DNA of 63,441 bases, filler included, from Reticulomyxa filosa (taxonomy: Eukaryota > Protista > Foraminifera): NCBI GenBank assembly GCA_000512085.1. It is 16 parts of 16 records of this genome, joined end to end, with 100 filler letters (N's around TTAATTAATTAA, not from the genome) between each part and the next. Parts side by side here need not be neighbours in the genome. Positions count along the whole stretch, not along the records: positions 23,970 to 29,565 come from ASPP01011734.1; positions 29,666 to 33,098 come from ASPP01028714.1; positions 33,199 to 38,330 come from ASPP01025628.1; 13 more parts are not named here. One strand, given 5' to 3'. Under the pieces are notes generated by a model. It did no database searches. It saw only the letters and a program-made list of their open reading frames with translations, and was not told the DNA's origin. The position numbers and the translations under genes were made by a program. Of the stretch, positions 23,970 to 37,170 are shown one piece after another. Each line of letters begins with the position of its first letter. Within the stretch, counting starts at the first letter, position 1.

Positions 23970-26900
23970 GATGGGTTTGAGAGGTGATATAACTGATGCC
24001 CAACACATGTGTCCAAAAAATGACATAAACGACGATCATGCAGCGATAGAACAATCGACCGATACTCTGTTGTTGCTGGCGATAGTGATGGAACCGGGTA
24101 ACGGAAAAACATAATTGCAACTGAACCATAAACGCCATGATCGCTTCCACAAGCAAAATCAACACCCAACGTGTTGCTATTTGTGGTATTGGAGCAGGCG
24201 TCTGTCGGTAAACGTGATACTCGTGCATATCATCGTGCGGCATGTGTCTCCTTATCGTTATCACATTTAACAAAAGCAGTGCATTGAACGCCAATCGCGA
24301 TATCTGATAGTTATTGTAATTGCGCAGATGTTTTGTTATCAGCTTCGTTTCGTACATTTTCTCTAGCTTGAACTCTTTCGTCCTTTTTTTTTTTTTTGGT
24401 TGACCCCCCCCCCCCTCGACTAACTTTTATAAATTTTTTTTACTTTTAAAAAAAAAACAAACAAACCTGGATTCAGAATCTGAAGAATAGGCAGGACCAG
24501 AGCTATCGTTTTCTGCATAGACTTTAAACTTGATAATAAAATGTGCAAACTGCTTCGCGAAATTACATTGTCCGCGATTTTGCGAAGGAAAGCGAAGTGT
24601 GTAACGGTTGGCATGTGTGTCAGGCGAATTTAGGAATTGATAAAAGTTCATTTCTAATAAATTCAAACTATCCGTGGTTTTGTGTTGAATGTTTTTTTTG
24701 ATCCATGACGACGTTGACAACAGCAAGTTATCGTTTGTTTCTTTTACATAGCGTATTTGATTTGTTTTTAATTTTATTTACTTTTTTTTTTTTTTTAAGG
24801 AGAAAAAAAAAAAAAGTAAAACTATTTTCAGACAAAACTTAGTTTGCGCACAATGTATGTGCAAATGTTTCCTTTTCCTTTCATATATACGTTATCTCGA
24901 ACAATCCAATCAAATGATTGCGAAACTTTTTCTATATCTGTAAATACGTATACAAAAAACAAATTGCATACGTATACAACTTTTTTTTTTTGCGCCCTCT
25001 TTCCTCATCTATCAAGAAAAAAGTTCAATGAAACTGTATGTTTGCACTGTTGTTTGAACGCATCCTTTCAATCCTGTTGTGCAAACACGTGATGCAGTAT
25101 TGACAGTGTCTCCGAAAATTCGAAAGAATTTTCGAGTTGTGCCAATAATCGTTCCGATCACTGGCCCGGTGTGGATCCCCATTGTCAATTCGCAGTATAT
25201 TTGCAATTTTTTGTTAATTTTGTTCACAATGTGGCGAAATCTTAAACCTAAACGAATAACTTTTTGTTGTTGTGACGATTACAGAAATCTTTCTATTTTT
25301 AAATGCTAACTGAAATATACTAACCTGCTTCGGCATGGTTAAAAGACGTATTTGTAGACATCACACCACCGCAGACAAGATACGCATTTCCCACGTGTTC
25401 AATTTTCACTACATCAAACTCCCATTGCTCAATCTCTTTTAATTTTTTTCATTATCGGTGACAACACAATTGAAAAGTTTACATGCCCACATCTTCAAAA
25501 AATGATGGGAAAAAAAAAGGAAAATTTCCACTAATTTAATAGAACATATATTCAAATATAATTTCTAACCTTTATCAAAATTTATGACAATATAATGCAA
25601 AAACTCAACGCATGAGGAGTTATCTGTTATTTTTTGCATGGTTGTTTTGTCATAAAATGAGAAATACACAAAACCGACAGTTACGTCTCTCCGATAAATT
25701 GGGGGCTCTCCTTTGAGTAATACTTGTTCGGTGACTGGAGCTGGCATTAAACTGTTCATGATGTAAGTATGAACTCTTCGTTCCATGTGTAACTGTGCAT
25801 GGTTGAACAAATCGTGAATTCCGGTCAGTAATTGTTGTTTGCTTGCAAGATATAAGCTGTTGACCATCGACAAGATGCCACAATTGAGAACAGCACAAGA
25901 ATAGAGAATTTCTCTCCATGTAAAATCATCGATACGATCAACTGATAGTTTAGTAAAATATAATATATTTACGGCTAGTACAATTAAGATAGCTCGAAAT
26001 TTTAAAGTTTTAAACTGGTACCACAAATACGATAAAAATAGCACCGAATGAATTAGCAAGGTATCCAGCAATCTGTTGAACAAAACAAAAAAGTTCACCT
26101 TGCAACCAAAAAAGAAAACATTCCCTTTTTACGCTATAACTGGAATATACGTCCAATATAGACAATGACTACTATCATTCTTAAGATTGAACAAAGCAAA
26201 TACAAATAAAAGATGTTCTCTGCAGTTTGCAAAGGCAGTTGTGATTCAACAAGTGTGTTCCGGTTGTTTTCGTCTTTGTTTTTGTTGTCTTGTTTTTTGG
26301 GTGTATTTCGGTTCGCAACTACCAATTGCTGCTTTTTTTTTTATAGAATTGTAATAAATAAAATAAATAGCAGATCGATATGCATTCGCACATAATTACG
26401 ATAATGCTAATTTTTTGTGTTCAAAACAAAACAAAATATCATGTTGGTCAAAGACATATCTTGAATTATTTTGTGCTGTTATCTTTCGTTCATTATTGAG
26501 AAAAGAAATAGACTTTGTAAGATTGGCAAATTTGCTTGAAAAAGCAAAATTTATTTGCTCGAAAATCCACTGTATGTCCAATATTGCCAATATAATAACC
26601 AAGTACATCTTAAATTTTAAGTTAAGTGCAAAAAATAATTGACAGTAATTATTGTTGTTAAGCGGATTTGGGTCGTGTTTCCATTTATAATTGTTTTGAA
26701 AACAAGCGATCATATGTTGTTCATTCTCCAAATCAACTAAATTTTTCTTTCTTGCAAAAAAGATATTGGGTTTAGCGCCATAAAGCAAAGTTGAAACTTT
26801 TGATTTCTCCAGTTTTGGTAATATTGATTTGTTGTACGCCTTTTTTTTGGGCAAAAAAAGGGACACACTTACTTAAAAACGTCTATGAGCAAAAAATTGA

Positions 26901-27462
26901 CATGATGTTTTTTATGCAAAAAGCAAAGAAAATGGATGGAGACATCTAACTGTTACTTCTTTTTGCTTGTTCTGGCTTTCAGAAGATTTACGCTCCAAAC
27001 TACTACCGTCACCACTAGAAGTAATGGATAACTCTTCCTCATTATGTCTTTCTGCTAAGTAACCGGTATCTGAGTGGCGTATTTTGAGTGTGGTAGTTCT
27101 TTGAGCTTCTAGTAACGATTTCTCGAATGGTTTTTGATGACTTTTATTTTTTTATGATATAACTGATTTGAAAATCACGTTAAAATTCAAAAAGATTTCT
27201 ATTCACACCGTGTATTGTTGACAACTGATGTATCCGCCGGTAAAACAGTTATACTTTTATATTCATTAGTCTGCAGTTTTCTTTCGATCTCACTTGTGGA
27301 AGGTAAGTCAATCTCGGAAAGTTTCCCTACAGAAACCAGTGAAATTTTTAAAGGATAACTGCAAGTTATTTCTTTTTTATTATTATTCTTATTTTCATCT
27401 TGTCGAACTATTGCGTGCTGTGTAGGCGGCAAGCCCAGTTGGGGTATGATGTCACTTGCCAT
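23970..27462 (-). CDS. Multi-TM class III nucleotide cyclase, probably guanylyl cyclase, multi-exon, 3' truncated
   Basis: TM cluster, then IMNSLMPAPVTEQV, DVTVGFVYF, VVKIEHVGNAYLVCGG and MGIHTGPVIGTIIG...FRIFGDTVNTASR, then a second TM cluster. Confidence 0.85.
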
Positions 27463-27508
27463 TGTGCTTCAAGGCTAATAATTTTTGCCGCTATCAAATA
27501 ACGGGTTC

Positions 27509-27518
27509 ATGACGTCAT
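27509..27518. promoter_or_regulatory. Palindromic CRE-like (bZIP) site in divergent promoter
   Basis: ATGACGTCAT lies between the head-to-head cyclase and MutS genes. Confidence 0.25.
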
Positions 27519-27670
27519 AAAGGAATTTTTCCCTCTTAAAATTACAAAAAACTACTAATCCTTTAGATAGTGTAGATTGTCAATTCACCAAAAAAAAAAA
27601 CTTGAAGAGCGGAAAACCAAAAATATTTTAACTGGAACTTTCCCCTTTTCATCAAATAGTAGAGGGGATA

Positions 27671-27988
27671 ATGTGGTCAATAGCCCGTCATTTGACTTCA
27701 AATGATTTGTCACAGAGATATTTTTCAACGTATACGTTCAATACATTGGCAACCTTTAAAAAAAATAAAGTGGCCAGTACTGAAGAGGAAGTACCCCGAC
27801 CACATTTTGCTCTGCAGATTTGGTTATTTCTACGAGGTGCTTTTTTTTCCCCCTTTCGCATGTTCGCTTCGGCAGTAGACACAAAAAAAACAAAAACAGA
27901 GCAACAACAAATAAACAACAACAACAAAAAAAAAAGATGCTAAACGAGGATGCAAAGATAGGAAATAAAGTTCTGAACTGTTATGTAG

Positions 27989-28021
<33 letters not shown>

Positions 28022-29275
28022 GTATATATAAATGTATAAATAAATATGTATGTATATATTGATTTACGTATATGTGTATATGTTTAGTATGATATTATAA
28101 AAAAATTTGAAACAGTAAATGTAACTCGATCCGGTGTAACCGGGGTGCCTCACACGGCGGTGTTTACATATGTGCGAAAGCTGCTAAAAGCAGGATACAA
28201 AGTGGCATTGGTGGAAGAGACGAAGCAAATGTGTTCGCGAGTAAAGGGGCCGTATAAACAGCGAGAGGTGGTGAAGTTGATATCGCCGGGTACGTTTGCC
28301 GACTTTGCGTCGGAGACGATGAGCACAACGAGCCGGTACATGATGTCGATAACAGGATGCGTGTTAGAAAAGAAGAGACAGAGGAGTAGAAGAAGTAGTA
28401 GTAGTAGCATTCATAGCAGTAATGGCAATGAGGATCATTCCAACGGCATGCATGCGACGACTGCGATAGTGGACTCGGAGGTGGCCATCTGTTGGACCGA
28501 CGTGTCGACGGGCGAGACAATGGTGACGCAAATGCCAAGCAGAGGTTGTTTCGAGCATGTGTTGCGCATCGACCCTGTTGAAATCTTGTTCAATGTGGAG
28601 ACAGCTCAACAGATGCCATGGTTGCTGCAGCAATTGAAGAAGGGAGGATTTGATAAGACATTGACAATGGTGGGCGACAGTATACGTACGAAGAACCAGG
28701 AGTTTATTAATAACAATAGCAATAGCAATAGCAATAGCAATAGCAATGACCAAATACTAATTGCTAGTGTAGACGACTCAATGGATGTGAATGAAACACT
28801 CGATAAATTTGCATCGATACTTGAGTCGCCGTTGGAAGTAAGCAGCTTTGAACAACTCATCAAGTACTGGAAACAAAGCAAAACTGGCTTGGACATTGCC
28901 TCGGTGCAACGCTTCAATGCTCACACACAGATGAAAATGAACCACTCCACGTGGACCAACTTGGAAATTACTCAGTCGTTCCACGAACAAATCTCTGCCG
29001 CCGCCGCCGCCGCACGCGGCACGCTCATCCACTGTCTCAATGCGTGCGCCACCCCTCTCGGACTTCGTCTGCTCACGCAACGTCTGTCCGCCCCTTCTCT
29101 GGACGCGCATGACATCCGACGTCGACTCGACTGTATCGACACTTTTCGCAGGCACGAGTATCTGCGCGTCTTGACACGGCAAACGCTCCAAGACGTGGGT
29201 GACTTTCAAAAGCGTTATCGTATGTGTTTCGATCAAACTTTTGAAATGAAGTCTTTTCGAGATGATTATCATAAC

Positions 29276-29319
<44 letters not shown>

Positions 29320-29565
29320 TAATTTAAATTACAATAATACTCAAATACGCAAGAGAAAACGATTAGCATTACAGAATTTGCAAATTGATACAAATGGTAA
29401 CTCCACACTGAACAGTATCGATTTACAACGCATTGCTCAGTCTATTCAGACCTTGCGTCGCTTTTGCGCAAATGTACAGGACATTCGCAAACGCATGGCC
29501 ATGGCAACGGACTTGTCTCACAGTTTTGAAAAAGATAATAACAACAACAACAATAACAACAACAA
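27671..29565 (+). CDS. MutS-family mismatch-recognition protein (domains I-III), 3' truncated
   Basis: Splicing introns 27837-27936 and 27980-28115 gives KYPDHILLCRFGYFYE|MLNEDAKIG...GVP...LLKAGYKVALVEE...REVVKLISPGT. Also WTDVSTGE, NLEI and CATPLGLRLLTQRLSAP...IRRRLD. Confidence 0.92.
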
Positions 29566-29665
29566 NNNNNNNNNNNNNNNNNNNNNNNNNNNNNNNNNNN
29601 NNNNNNNNNTTAATTAATTAANNNNNNNNNNNNNNNNNNNNNNNNNNNNNNNNNNNNNNNNNNNN

Positions 29666-30278
29666 TATTGGCATTGATATTATCTTTGGTATTGCCATGG
29701 TGATTCTTTTTATCATTATCATTGCCATTGAACCTTTCCACCACCGTTGTCAATGCATTTCGGAATTGTTCATCGCTCAAAATTTGATTCATCAACTCCC
29801 TCTTTTCTCTTTCTTCAATGCGTGCCCGCATCGTCTCCCTACTCAACGGAGTGGTACTCCCAACGGGCGAGTGCTCTGCTCTTCCATCCGCTTTCCGAAT
29901 GACCGTCATAGGAGACGCTGTCGCCTCCTCTTTCGTCTTGTCAGTGTCATTGTCGGTGTCGGTCTCCGTCTCAAACGCGCTTCCACTGCTGGGCGACTCC
30001 TCTTCCTTCTTCCGGTGCGTGGGGTCGGCCACCTCGACTCCATCCGTCGTCGGGGCCTCAGCCAAAGGCGACGGTAAGGAGCGCTTTTTTATCATGGTTT
30101 GTTCTCGCAAATCCTTGGACAAATTGTTCGTGTGTTTATCATGTTTTTCTCCAAATTCACGATTTGCAGTTGTTGTTGTTGTTGTTGTTGTTGTTGTTAT
30201 TGTTGTTGTTGCATTACGTTGCTTGCAATATATATAATATATATGTATATATATATTATATGTAAATACATACGTATA

Positions 30279-30320
<42 letters not shown>

Positions 30321-31832
30321 GAAATTATTTTGGTGTTTGTGGATGATGGATGGAGGAAATGCAAAACTTTCTCCGATGGCTTGAACAACGCTGCTTTATG
30401 ATTGTCCTGTTGGATCTCTTTCTTTTTTTCTTTGATCCTCTTCTCTGTTGTGAATCGGTACATCTTTTCTTCTTCACTTTCCGTTGGGGAGATAATTTTG
30501 GTATTGGCCTCGGTGTTCATCGGGGTCATTGACTTTTCCGTGTGCAGTTCGGTGTCGCTCATCGACAGCTGCTCGTCTTTGGACTGATGCAACACCACTG
30601 TGCCGTTTTGTACTCTTGGCGTGTCTGTGTTCGACTCTTCATGTTCATGTTCATAGTTGTGATTGTGTTCCTCATCTGTTTGTTCTTCTTTTTCTTCATC
30701 CACATCCGTTGGAACCTCGGGAAAATTTTCCTTTGACTTATCAATCCTTCGCTGCTTCTCACGATCTCGACTTATCGGCGTTGGGTTGAGCACTTGCACT
30801 GGCGTCGGACTGGGCGTATTTCGTAGTCGCGTATGCTCATCCCCATCCGACCTGTCTGACATCAGCTCTTTCTTGTTTTCATTTTCGTCATCGTCGTCAC
30901 TGCTGTGTTCATCATCGTCATCGTCATCGTCATCATCATCTTCGTCATCATCCTCGTCATCGTCATCATCATCTTCATCTTCATCTTCATCCTCATCCTC
31001 ATCTTCTTCATTTTCATTCTCATCTTCTTCTTGATTCTCATTTTCGTCTTCGTGACCACTTTCATTGCTATTATCTCTCTTTTTATCATTGTCTTTCTCG
31101 CTACTCTCTTTCAAGTCTTGGAAGTGCGTAGCCTTCAACATATCCATAATCTTTTTGATATCGTTAATGTCTTTGTTTTTCCTCTTTTGTTCGTCGATCA
31201 ATTGGTACAGATCGTCCTTTTCCAAGTCTGCATCGGCGGTTCCAGTTTTCTGTTTGATGTTCGGTGTGTTCATACCCTTGTAGTTGTTGTTCATGTAGTT
31301 TACAGGCTGATGTGGCTTTTGCGTCTCTTCCATTGTGTCTTGCGACAGTGACAACAACGGTGGCGATGCTATCATCTTTTCCGTTTCTGGAGACTGCACG
31401 CCACTGACGGTATTGCTAAACTGCGGATAGCGATTGGGTATCCCTGTCCTCATTGTTTGTGCAAAATGCAATTGTTGACAGTCATATCAAATCCAACATA
31501 TAAATATATATAAAGTGTACATACCAATGTTTTCCTTATCCTCAACCGTATATACAAACCCGTCCTCGTCATCACTTTCGACAGTCATCAGTTTCCTACC
31601 ATTCATTTTTGTGTTTGTATTTTTATTTGTCCCTTCCATTTCTTTTTTTTCTCTGTTGTCCGTTTTCACGACTGTGTTTGTTGTTGCGTCTTCGTCGTTG
31701 TCGTGTTTCTTCTTATCTTTGTCCACTTTTTTGTTTTCTTTATCTCCGTTCTTTTCTGGGCCTGTTTTTTGCTTGTCTTCTTTGTTATCATTGGCCTGAT
31801 TGTTATTGTTTGCCTTCCTTTCATCATCTTTG

Positions 31833-31864
<32 letters not shown>

Positions 31865-33060
31865 GTTATCACGCATATTTGTGGTGTTCTTGTCTTCATT
31901 GTTACGATGTGTGTCTTTAGCATCGTCTTGTCCTCTTTCGCTGTTGTCTGTTTGCGCACTCGCCATTGCAGTCTCTTTTGTTACGTCCACACTCGAGGGT
32001 TTATGTTTTGCGCTCTTTCGTTGTAACTTTTTTGATTTTTTACCAAGTTGTGTCTCTTCCCGCTTTTCGTCTGCCAATTCTGCTCGAACTTCGCTCTGTT
32101 CCCAACACCGCATATATATATATATATGTATATGTGTGTATATGCATATGCATATGCATATGCGTATATTATGTATAGTATCGCGTGTTCAGTGTTGATG
32201 CTCTTGCAGCAACAACAACAATAAATAAAAGTAGTCACATAACAACAGAGGGAATTAATTTGATGGAATCCATTTTTTCCAATGTACGATTATTTTCGTT
32301 CATGATCCCAGAGTTTGCATCGGGAAGAGCATTGTCGACGACATTGACATTAGCATTGGTATTGGTATTGGTATTAGTATTAGTATTGGTATTAGTATTG
32401 ATATTGGTATTGATATTAGTATTGATATTGGTATTAATATTGACATTGAAATTAGAATTGGGCTGACTATTTTTAAAGGACGAAGACTGACTGTGAATGG
32501 GTGGCAAAACGATAGCTTTTTTTTGTACATATTGCTGCGGTTCGAACACGGCCTGAAACAGCGGATACCAATCATTAGGCGTGTCAATCTCGTTGGAGAG
32601 CAAAGGCGAGACATTGCTTTCCAGTTTGTGTTGCCGCTTTTGTCTGGGTTTGACCACGCGATTGTAGGCATCGTTCACTGAAGTCTCAATCGTGCCGACT
32701 TTGTGTTGCAATTTGCCTAACACAAAAGCAATGCCCACATTGTTATTGTTTCCGCCGTCTTCTTCTCGACGCATCGGGTCCGTTCGCGTTTGCACTTCAT
32801 TGTGAAATGCACGGAGCACGCCTCGAGCCAAGGAGTCAAAGGCCACGTCATTCGAGTGCTGAAGTCCTTTGGAGGCCGTGGACGCCTTATTTGTACCTTT
32901 TTTCGAGGAAGAGTTTGGGGACAAATCCGCCAATGAAGAGTGGACATTTTCGGAGGTGTTTAACTTGCTAAATGCACGAAACAGTTCTTCCAATTTGATA
33001 TTTCCACTTTTGAGATCAGTTGCACTTTCTAGTCCATGTCGAATACGATTTAATAATTTT
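29666..33060 (-). CDS. Hypothetical large low-complexity protein (poly-D, poly-N, NT repeats), at least four exons, partial
   Basis: Successive minus-strand ORFs separated by (AT)n/poly-A intron-like tracts. Confidence 0.6.
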
Positions 33061-33063
33061 TGA

Positions 33064-33098
<35 letters not shown>

Positions 33099-33386
33099 NN
33101 NNNNNNNNNNNNNNNNNNNNNNNNNNNNNNNNNNNNNNNNNNTTAATTAATTAANNNNNNNNNNNNNNNNNNNNNNNNNNNNNNNNNNNNNNNNNNNNAA
33201 CATTGAATGCTAATGGCTAACCATAAAAACATTACTTGTAGCATTCTTTTTTCTGAATTTTTTTTTCAAAGTAATGAAAAAAAAGGTCCTTTCAAAGTTT
33301 GCATTCAATCGAGTCAAACAAATTCAAACCGTTTACATTTTCTTTTTATCAGAAAATACTTTCATTTCTTTCTGGACAAAAATAAA

Positions 33387-35450
33387 TTATCCCCAAATAC
33401 GAATATGACCTTTGTGTGAACCATAGCACAAGTTCAAACAATATTTACCATACTTTTCATTTCCGTTATCCATATCTTTCTTTTTTATTAATATAAATTT
33501 TAAACATGATATTCCATCACTGCCATTATCATCTGCTTTGATCACATGTAATTCATTTTTATTTGATCGAATGTCCCAAAAACGAATTGTACTATCTCTT
33601 GATCCAGAACATATCACATTACAATCAGCAATTTTACTACTATTCTTTACCATAAATGGTAGATAATCAACAGCACATACAATATCTGTATGTCTATTAA
33701 ACACTTGAATTCGCTTACCAGATCGAATATCCCACAAACTAGCACTTTTATCATTTGATCCAGATAATATTGTATTTACCAATTCATTTAATCCATATTT
33801 TACGCTCCTAATCCCATTTTTATGCCCTTTGAATACGTTGGATTGTTTTGCTGTTTCAATGTCCCATATTCGAATAGTGTTATCCCATGATCCTGAACAA
33901 ATTGTATATCCATTTCCACCAATCACACCAATATTACTTTTATTATCATTGTTGTTATTGCTTTGCAATGGTGAAATATCAACACACCAAACACCCTTTT
34001 CATGTCCATTGAAAACATGTAATGATTTGGATGCTTCAACATCCCATAAACGAATAGTGTTGTCATACGATCCAGAGCACAAATATCGACCATTATTAAA
34101 TGATGAAAATTCAATACCACAAACACTGTCAGTGTGCCCATTGAATATTTGTAATTGCTTATTATGTTTGAAATCCCAAAAACGAATGGTTTTGTCATTT
34201 GATGAAGAACAAATGACATTTTGACGATGATTATGATAATGATACGATGAAAATTTCACACCATACACATGACTTGAATGTTCATTGAGTGATTGAATTA
34301 GTTTGTTGCTATCAAGTTCCCATACACAAATTGTTTTATTATTTGATCCAGAACAAATGAATTGACCATCATCAAACATTGAATAATCAATACTAGTTAC
34401 GCAACTTTTGTGCTCGATGAGTGTTCTGAGTAATTTGGATGATGAACAAAATACTTCAAAATTATTCTTATGTGCTGATGATAAAACAGAAGATAAGGAT
34501 ACATCATTATTAGCTATATCTTTCTGTTCTCCTTCTGCTTTATCTTGATCATTTTTTTTTACAATTAGTCTTTGATAATCACTTGTTAATTTTGAATTTT
34601 TCTCTTCCAATAATTTAATCGTTGACTCATATTGACCCAGTTGTTTATTGAAATCTTTTTTGACAGTTTCAATATCTGAACGATATTTGAGTGTTTCTTG
34701 TTGAAGGTTTTCGATTTTAGATTGTAAATCTTTTTTTAATTTTTGCATATCAAATATTAACTTGCTTGAATTATCCTTTGATATTTGTGCTTATGTTTGT
34801 ATAATATGACAATAAAACAAAAGCATAAAAAAAATAAACTTGATGCAATTTGATTGTTTGTTTCATAGATAAAAATAATCGCATAACCAGGTCAAAATGA
34901 AATCGTATATTCGAAATCAAATGATCATTTAAATTTTGTCTGTAACATGTATGATCACATCCAAAATGCTTGAACCAACATTCAGCCAAATCCAAAGAGC
35001 AATTGTTATTCAAATGATCTTGTAAGTCTTTTAATTTTCCCTTAAAATCACATTTAATTTTTCCAGTCACTTCAATTCCATTCAATGTTTTCACATCTTT
35101 TTCAAATTGTTTCAAACACATAACTGGTAAATTTCCGAAGAATTTTTGTGTTGACTTAGTTTTGGAATAATGGCAATCATGTGGCTCAATTGGACACAAG
35201 TTGCTATTATTTTTAAGAAAGTTCTTCAGACAATGCTCACCAACAATTAATACGTCATTTATGCTTTCATGTTGAGGGCAATCAAGTTCCATTGGATTGT
35301 TTGCAATTTGTCACAAATGAGACAAGTAAAATCTTTGATGTCTTCAGGTCGGTTTGTTTGCAAAAGCCAGTTTTCGCTGTAACATGATTGATCCTGCGAA
35401 ATTGGAATCCCTTTGATTTGCTCTTCTCCAAATGTCTTTTCGTCCTGCAT
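33387..35450 (-). CDS. RING-like + TRAF-type zinc finger + coiled coil + WD40 protein (TRAF7-like architecture), one frameshift
   Basis: CLIC...CPQH...C...CP (RING-like), CDFKGKLKDLQDHL...C...CWF..FGC...DHL (TRAF-type finger). Intron 34839-34776 precedes a heptad region and WD40 repeats ending IRIWG*. One-nt deletion near 35310. Confidence 0.85.
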
Positions 35451-35799
35451 TGAAGATGTCAAGGTCAAAGAGAGAAGCTATGATTGAGATAAAGTTTTTT
35501 AAAAAGGGGATTGACTCTTTGAAATTTCTTTACTGTTTTCACTTCAACCTTTTTGGTGATTAAATATAAGGGTATTCGATTTAAATGTGTTTAAATTTCA
35601 AAGCCTCTTTTTTTATTCTTATATTTATCACGATTTAAATAACAACTTCTTTTTGCATGTTTCTATGACATATTCATGTATTTATTAAATGAAGTAAATG
35701 TTTTTGTGAAACAAAGTTTTTCATAGTTTGTTTAAACAATGAATCGAGCTAGTAAATTTTTCTGTTCAAAAACAAAAAACTTGATTGCTTGCTGAAGAT

Positions 35800-36010
35800 G
35801 GTCCTACCATATATTCAAACATTTTTTGCATTTCCATTTAAAAATCATCTTTTTATAATTCCTCTTTATTTGATCAAATTGTATGTATTATTACTTAATC
35901 CAGAACATATTGTATTTTCATTACCATCAACCTTATCCATTAAACATTTCAATTTGTTTACAGACTCCAATAAATTTTCGATTCATTTGGCCTATTTGAC
36001 ATTTGTCCAC
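35800..36010 (-). pseudogene. Heavily decayed WD40 family relic
   Basis: The reverse strand retains KQIEMFNG, GNENTICSGLSNNT and I*SNKEEL with stops and deletions. Confidence 0.55.
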
Positions 36011-36483
36011 AAATTGCGAGCTTTCCATCTCTTAATGCTTTTCATTATTCTTTGGGAATGCTTCATTGACGAAGCATTTTGAGTTATGAATGCACTTTTT
36101 TTTTTTCAAGATCTCAAAAGACAAAAACATCAGCGATGAAGCAGAACAACAAAGATTGCATTGGATTACAAGAAACAACGAACAGCTCAATACAGTATAT
36201 TAGTGTACAAAAAGCTCAATTTTTCGAGTGAGTGGGACGCGGAAAGGAAACAGTAACGTTTTGGGAGAAAAAAAAAAAGAAACAAAACAAGATAAAAAAA
36301 GAATTTTTTTTGCACACATGGCTAAAGAATACCATTTTTTTACTTTCCTTTTTTTTCTCCCTCTCTCTTTCTCCCTCCTTTCTTTCCTTCCCATTGCCCC
36401 TTTTTTTTTCCCCCCTCCCCTCTTGCACAATTTTTTTTTTTGGAAAATTGGAGGAATAAAAAAAACAAACTTGGTAAACATTG

Positions 36484-36989
36484 TCAGTCCTCCATGACGA
36501 TGGATGAGGCAAGTGTGTTTATGGAAAGCAAAGTATTAATAGTTACACGAAAAGATTTAAACAAATTCGCCTTGGTTTGTTTCTTCCACATCGGTGGCGG
36601 CGTCGAGGGCGTCGTCGACATCGTCCAAGTCGACGTCTTGAATATCCTGATCCACTTCCACTTGTTCGGAGCGCAATGAGACTTCACGCTCCGTGGAAAA
36701 GAAGGAGCCATTGATGTCGTCCTTGCCCACCACGGCCATGGTACTATCGAGTCGATCCAAAGTCAACGTCATGTTGTCGTCCAAACGGGCCAAATGGCTG
36801 GTCGTGGTGTTGGACGCCACGCTGGTGATCGTGTACTTACGAGCGCTCTCTTCGTCTTGTCCGTCGGGGATTATCACTATTCTCGGCTGGGATGTGTCTC
36901 GATTCACCAAAAACTGGTCTGTTTGTTCGTCACTTTGGAATTGACGTAGAGTTGGCAATTGATCTGGCAATTCATTATTGTTATTATTA

Positions 36990-37029
<40 letters not shown>

Positions 37030-37138
37030 GTTATTGTTATTGTTATTGCCAGTGATATGAACCTCATCTTCAATGATTATTGGATCAGTGTTCTTATTTT
37101 TGTTATTAGTATCATTATTATTATTATTACTATTATTA

Positions 37139-37170
<32 letters not shown>

